NCBI GenBank assembly: GCA_038208905.1
Contig: JBBQYG010000078.1
Span: forward strand, 1-17,322
Length of the DNA: 17,322 nt
Direction of reading: 5' to 3'
Source of the DNA: Candidatus Sumerlaeia bacterium
GTDB lineage: Bacteria; Sumerlaeota; Sumerlaeia; SLMS01
How positions within the stretch are numbered: position 1 is the first letter of the stretch; each line of letters starts with the position of its first letter. Under the pieces are notes generated by a model. That model ran no database searches and had not been told where the DNA came from. It worked only from the letters and a program-made list of their open reading frames with translations. Positions 14,311 through 17,322 of this stretch are shown here, piece by piece. Position numbers and translations under genes: made by a program.

Positions 14311-15579
14311 ATGGCCGAATACAAGGACTCAGCTTTCTACAAGATGGCCCTGGATCAATTGATGAGCGTGTCCACCCTGGTCGATCTTCCGGCGGGCGTG
14401 ATCGAGCGGCTCAAGATCCCCAAGCGCATCGTTGTCGTTAGCGTCCCAGTCCGCATGGACGATGGGAGCACGCGCATGTTCGAAGGCATTCGGGTGCAAC
14501 ACTCGCTGACCGCGGGGCCCGGGAAGGGCGGCCTGCGCTATGGCACCTCGGTGGACGTGGGAGAGGTCGTGGCGCTGGCGATGCTGATGAGCTGGAAATG
14601 CGCGCTGGTCGGGCTTCCCTTTGGCGGCGCCAAGGGCGGCATCGCCTGCGACCCGGCCAAGATGTCCATTGGAGAGAACGAGCGGCTGACCCGCCGCTTC
14701 ACTCAGGAAATCTTTCCCTTCATCGGCCCCAACACCGACGTGATGGCGCCCGACATGGGAACCAACGAGCAGACGATGGCGTGGATTTATGACACCTATG
14801 CCATGACGGCGGGGGAGAACGTCGCCCAGATCGTCACCGGAAAACCCGTTGCCGTCTTCGGCACCCTGGGGCGGCGGACTGCCACCGGCTGCGGCGTTGT
14901 CTACACAATCGAGGAAGCCGCCAAGCACGTTGGAGTGAAGCTCAGCGAGTCCACGGCCATCGTTCAGGGCTTTGGCAACGTGGGTTCCATTTCGGCCAAG
15001 GAACTCCAGGATCGCGGAACCCGGATTACCGGCGTCGCCGACGTCAGCGGTCATTATTTCCGCAAGGCCGGCTTTGACATCCCCGACCTAATCCTTCACA
15101 CGTCCAGGAATCCGACCCTCGCCAACTATCCCGGCATCGCCAACGACAAGGTCACGCGGGAGGAGTTCTACGCCATGCCCTGCGACATCGCGGTGCCCAG
15201 CGCGATGGAGCTGCAAATTAACGGAGAGACTGCACGCAACCTCAAGTGCCGGATCCTTGCCGAGGCCGCCAACGGCCCCTGCACTCCCGAAGCCGACAAG
15301 TACCTGCGCGAGCACTCGAAGGAAATCTTCGTCATTCCCGACATCCTCTGCAACTCGGGCGGCGTGATTGTGTCCTACTTCGAGTGGGTCCAAGGCATCC
15401 AGATGTTCTTCTGGTCGGCCGAAGAAGTCGACAACAAGCTCCAGCAGATGATCCGCCGGGCGTTCCTCACCACGCTCTCGTTCTCCGTCAGTCACAAATG
15501 CGACATGCGGACGGCCGCGCTCAGCCTGGGGGTCAAGAAGGTCGGCACCGAGAAGCACGTCAGGGGGCTCTTTCCCTGA
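14311..15579 (+). CDS. gdhA: Glu/Leu/Phe/Val dehydrogenase family, most likely glutamate dehydrogenase
   Basis: AGAGG RBS before ATG 14311. GPGKGGLRY, MSWKCALVGLPFGGAKGG, APDMGT, VTGKP, QGFGNVG, EAANGP and IPDILCNSGGVIVSYFEWVQ motifs. Confidence 0.92.
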   Translation: MAEYKDSAFYKMALDQLMSVSTLVDLPAGVIERLKIPKRIVVVSVPVRMDDGSTRMFEGIRVQHSLTAGPGKGGLRYGTSVDVGEVVALAMLMSWKCALVGLPFGGAKGGIACDPAKMSIGENERLTRRFTQEIFPFIGPNTDVMAPDMGTNEQTMAWIYDTYAMTAGENVAQIVTGKPVAVFGTLGRRTATGCGVVYTIEEAAKHVGVKLSESTAIVQGFGNVGSISAKELQDRGTRITGVADVSGHYFRKAGFDIPDLILHTSRNPTLANYPGIANDKVTREEFYAMPCDIAVPSAMELQINGETARNLKCRILAEAANGPCTPEADKYLREHSKEIFVIPDILCNSGGVIVSYFEWVQGIQMFFWSAEEVDNKLQQMIRRAFLTTLSFSVSHKCDMRTAALSLGVKKVGTEKHVRGLFP

Positions 15580-15614
15580 CCCCATCGCCGGGCAATCCCC
15601 TCAGGAACGGCGCG

Positions 15615-16832
15615 GTGGCCGCCGTCAAGGCGGTCCTCGACGCGGCGCGCCATTTTTCGCATCATCGCGCCGACCTGAGGGCATTTCGTCCCGCCAGCGA
15701 CAAGCCACAGGTTCTGGTGGTATGCCCCAACTTCGACATCGGCGGAGGGGAGCGCGTCGTGCTGGACGTGGCGAGCCTCCTCTCCGCCGAGTGTGATTTC
15801 CATGCAGTCAGCACCGACCGCTCGCCCCACCGCTGGCTCGCCGAGTTTCAGCGGACGTTCCACATCGTCCGCGTCCCCGAACGCTGGCGCCAGGGGCGGG
15901 CAGGATTTCTCCGCTACCTTTCGGGCATGATCGCCGGACTGGGCATTCGAGTCCTTGTGCTCTACGAGAACCAGCCGACGTTCGACGTGCTTCCAGAGGT
16001 CAGGCGCCGCTTTCCCCATTTGCGCATCGTGGACATAACCCACTGTGAGTACGAGGAGTGGCGATTCGACAGAATGAGCGCCACGATTCCCCTCATCGAT
16101 GCGCGCGTTTGCATCAGCGGAATGCTTCGCGATTACATGCTCGATCTGTATCGGCGCCGCGGCATCGCGCCGGAGTACGCATTGCGCGTGAGGCACATTT
16201 CCAATGGGATCGACTTCTCGCTTCTCGATCCCGAACGCCAACCTGCGGGAAAGCTGCGCGCGCGCCTGGGAATTCCCGCCGATCGCCCCGTGATCGGCTG
16301 GGCCGCGCGATTCACCCACGTCAAGAATCCCCTGCTGATGCTTGAAATAGCACGTTCCGTGAAGGCGGCGACGGGCGACCGCGCGCTTCACTTCGTCGTG
16401 GCCGGCGATGGGCCCGAGATGCCCCGTTGCCGAGAATTTCTCGCAGCGAATCCCGCCCTCGCGGATTGCGTCTCCCTTCCGGGAATGCTCCCGCCGAAGG
16501 AGGTTCGCGATCTCCTCGCCGATTGCTTCGCCCTCTGCCTCACATCATCCGTGGAGGGAGTTCCCCTCATCCTCGCCGAGGCGATGGCGATGGGCGTGGT
16601 TCCGGTCTCCACGATTTGCGGCGCCGTGGAGGAACTGATCCATGACGGGGAGACTGGATATCTGGTCCCGCAAGGCCCCGATGCCGGCGCTCAATTCCGC
16701 GAGCGCCTGCTGGCGATGGTCGGGAACTCCGCCGCCCTCGAACCGATGCGTGCCCGCGCCCGCGAGGACATCCGCGCGCGCTATGGCATGGAGGCCATGC
16801 GCGCGGGATACCGCGAAGCGATTCTGCAATAG
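15615..16832 (+). CDS. Glycosyltransferase family 4 (GT-B)
   Basis: VLVVCPNFDIGGGERV, ISNGID, ARFTHVKNP, AGDGP and the EX7E motif EGVPLILAEAMAMG. Likely GTG start at 15615 with AGGA 8 nt upstream; the 15246 start overlaps gdhA. Confidence 0.88.
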   Translation: MAAVKAVLDAARHFSHHRADLRAFRPASDKPQVLVVCPNFDIGGGERVVLDVASLLSAECDFHAVSTDRSPHRWLAEFQRTFHIVRVPERWRQGRAGFLRYLSGMIAGLGIRVLVLYENQPTFDVLPEVRRRFPHLRIVDITHCEYEEWRFDRMSATIPLIDARVCISGMLRDYMLDLYRRRGIAPEYALRVRHISNGIDFSLLDPERQPAGKLRARLGIPADRPVIGWAARFTHVKNPLLMLEIARSVKAATGDRALHFVVAGDGPEMPRCREFLAANPALADCVSLPGMLPPKEVRDLLADCFALCLTSSVEGVPLILAEAMAMGVVPVSTICGAVEELIHDGETGYLVPQGPDAGAQFRERLLAMVGNSAALEPMRARAREDIRARYGMEAMRAGYREAILQ

Positions 16833-16839
16833 CGACGAA

Positions 16840-17322
16840 TCAGGGAGCCTGGCGGAAGATCTGGCGCTTCACGCCGTCGGTGGTGCGCACGGTGACAGAC
16901 GCTTCCGCGTCGCGGGCGCTGATGGCGTCGAGCGTCACGCTGACGGCAGGCCCTTGGCCCCCGAGATCAAGTGGCGTTCTCAGCTTCAGTGTCACATTTC
17001 TCCCATTACCATCGCGAAAGACCGCCGAGCTTGCTTGCGTCGCCACGAGCTGCCAATTCGCAAGCACCTGCTCCAAATCCACTGCGGCGCCCGCGGCCGA
17101 CCCGGAGGTCGGCGGCGGCGGCGTGGTGGCGGGCGTCGGGTCCACCATCCGCAAGCGCGCGCGCGGAGTGGTGGCGTTCAATCGCTGATTGATGATGTCC
17201 ATCGCGCTGGAGGTCGCATCGGGATCGGCGGCTACTTGCTGAGCGGATTGCACAGGTGCGCGCGACGTCGCGGCCGGTTGACCTGCGAATGCCGTTGTCG
17301 CTGTGGCGGGAGTCGGCGTCGC
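16840..17322 (-). CDS. Hypothetical protein, C-terminal part (Pro/Thr/Ala-rich linkers plus a small beta-rich domain); starts beyond the window end
   Basis: Frame is open from 17322 to the stop at 16840 (ATPTPATATTAFAGQPAATSRAPVQSAQQ...). It converges on the GT4 gene with a 7-nt gap. Confidence 0.6.
   Translation of the reverse strand, partial: ATPTPATATTAFAGQPAATSRAPVQSAQQVAADPDATSSAMDIINQRLNATTPRARLRMVDPTPATTPPPPTSGSAAGAAVDLEQVLANWQLVATQASSAVFRDGNGRNVTLKLRTPLDLGGQGPAVSVTLDAISARDAEASVTVRTTDGVKRQIFRQAP

Overview
GC-rich bacterial window (taxon not assignable from sequence alone) with about 14 real genes; most long ORFs in the six-frame track are antisense or off-frame shadows. In order: the 5' part of an NhaP-type cation/H+ antiporter (-, absent from the ORF track), then a coiled-coil/LysM lipoprotein (+). 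Next is a minus-strand run of ferredoxin-NADP reductase, mazG, a Cys/Pro-rich membrane protein and a 69-aa metallothionein-like lipoprotein ending at a strong terminator. A plus-strand signalling operon follows (UrtA-like binding protein, Cache/HAMP histidine kinase, REC-PP2C phosphatase, STAS protein). The window ends with a coiled-coil SAM methyltransferase and a double GT4 glycosyltransferase (-), a glutamate dehydrogenase and a GT4 (+), and the 3' end of a Pro/Thr-rich unknown gene (-). The best candidate for an undescribed system is 1761-2496. There the last codons of the Cys-rich upstream ORF can base-pair with the ribosome-binding site of the Cys-rich lipoprotein gene, suggesting metal-responsive, leader-peptide-controlled translation of an exported metallothionein-like protein. 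The second candidate is a urea/amide-binding protein wired to a kinase-phosphatase-STAS cascade instead of a transporter. No rRNA, tRNA, CRISPR array or transposase was seen. All family calls rest on motif recognition by eye; no database searches were run.
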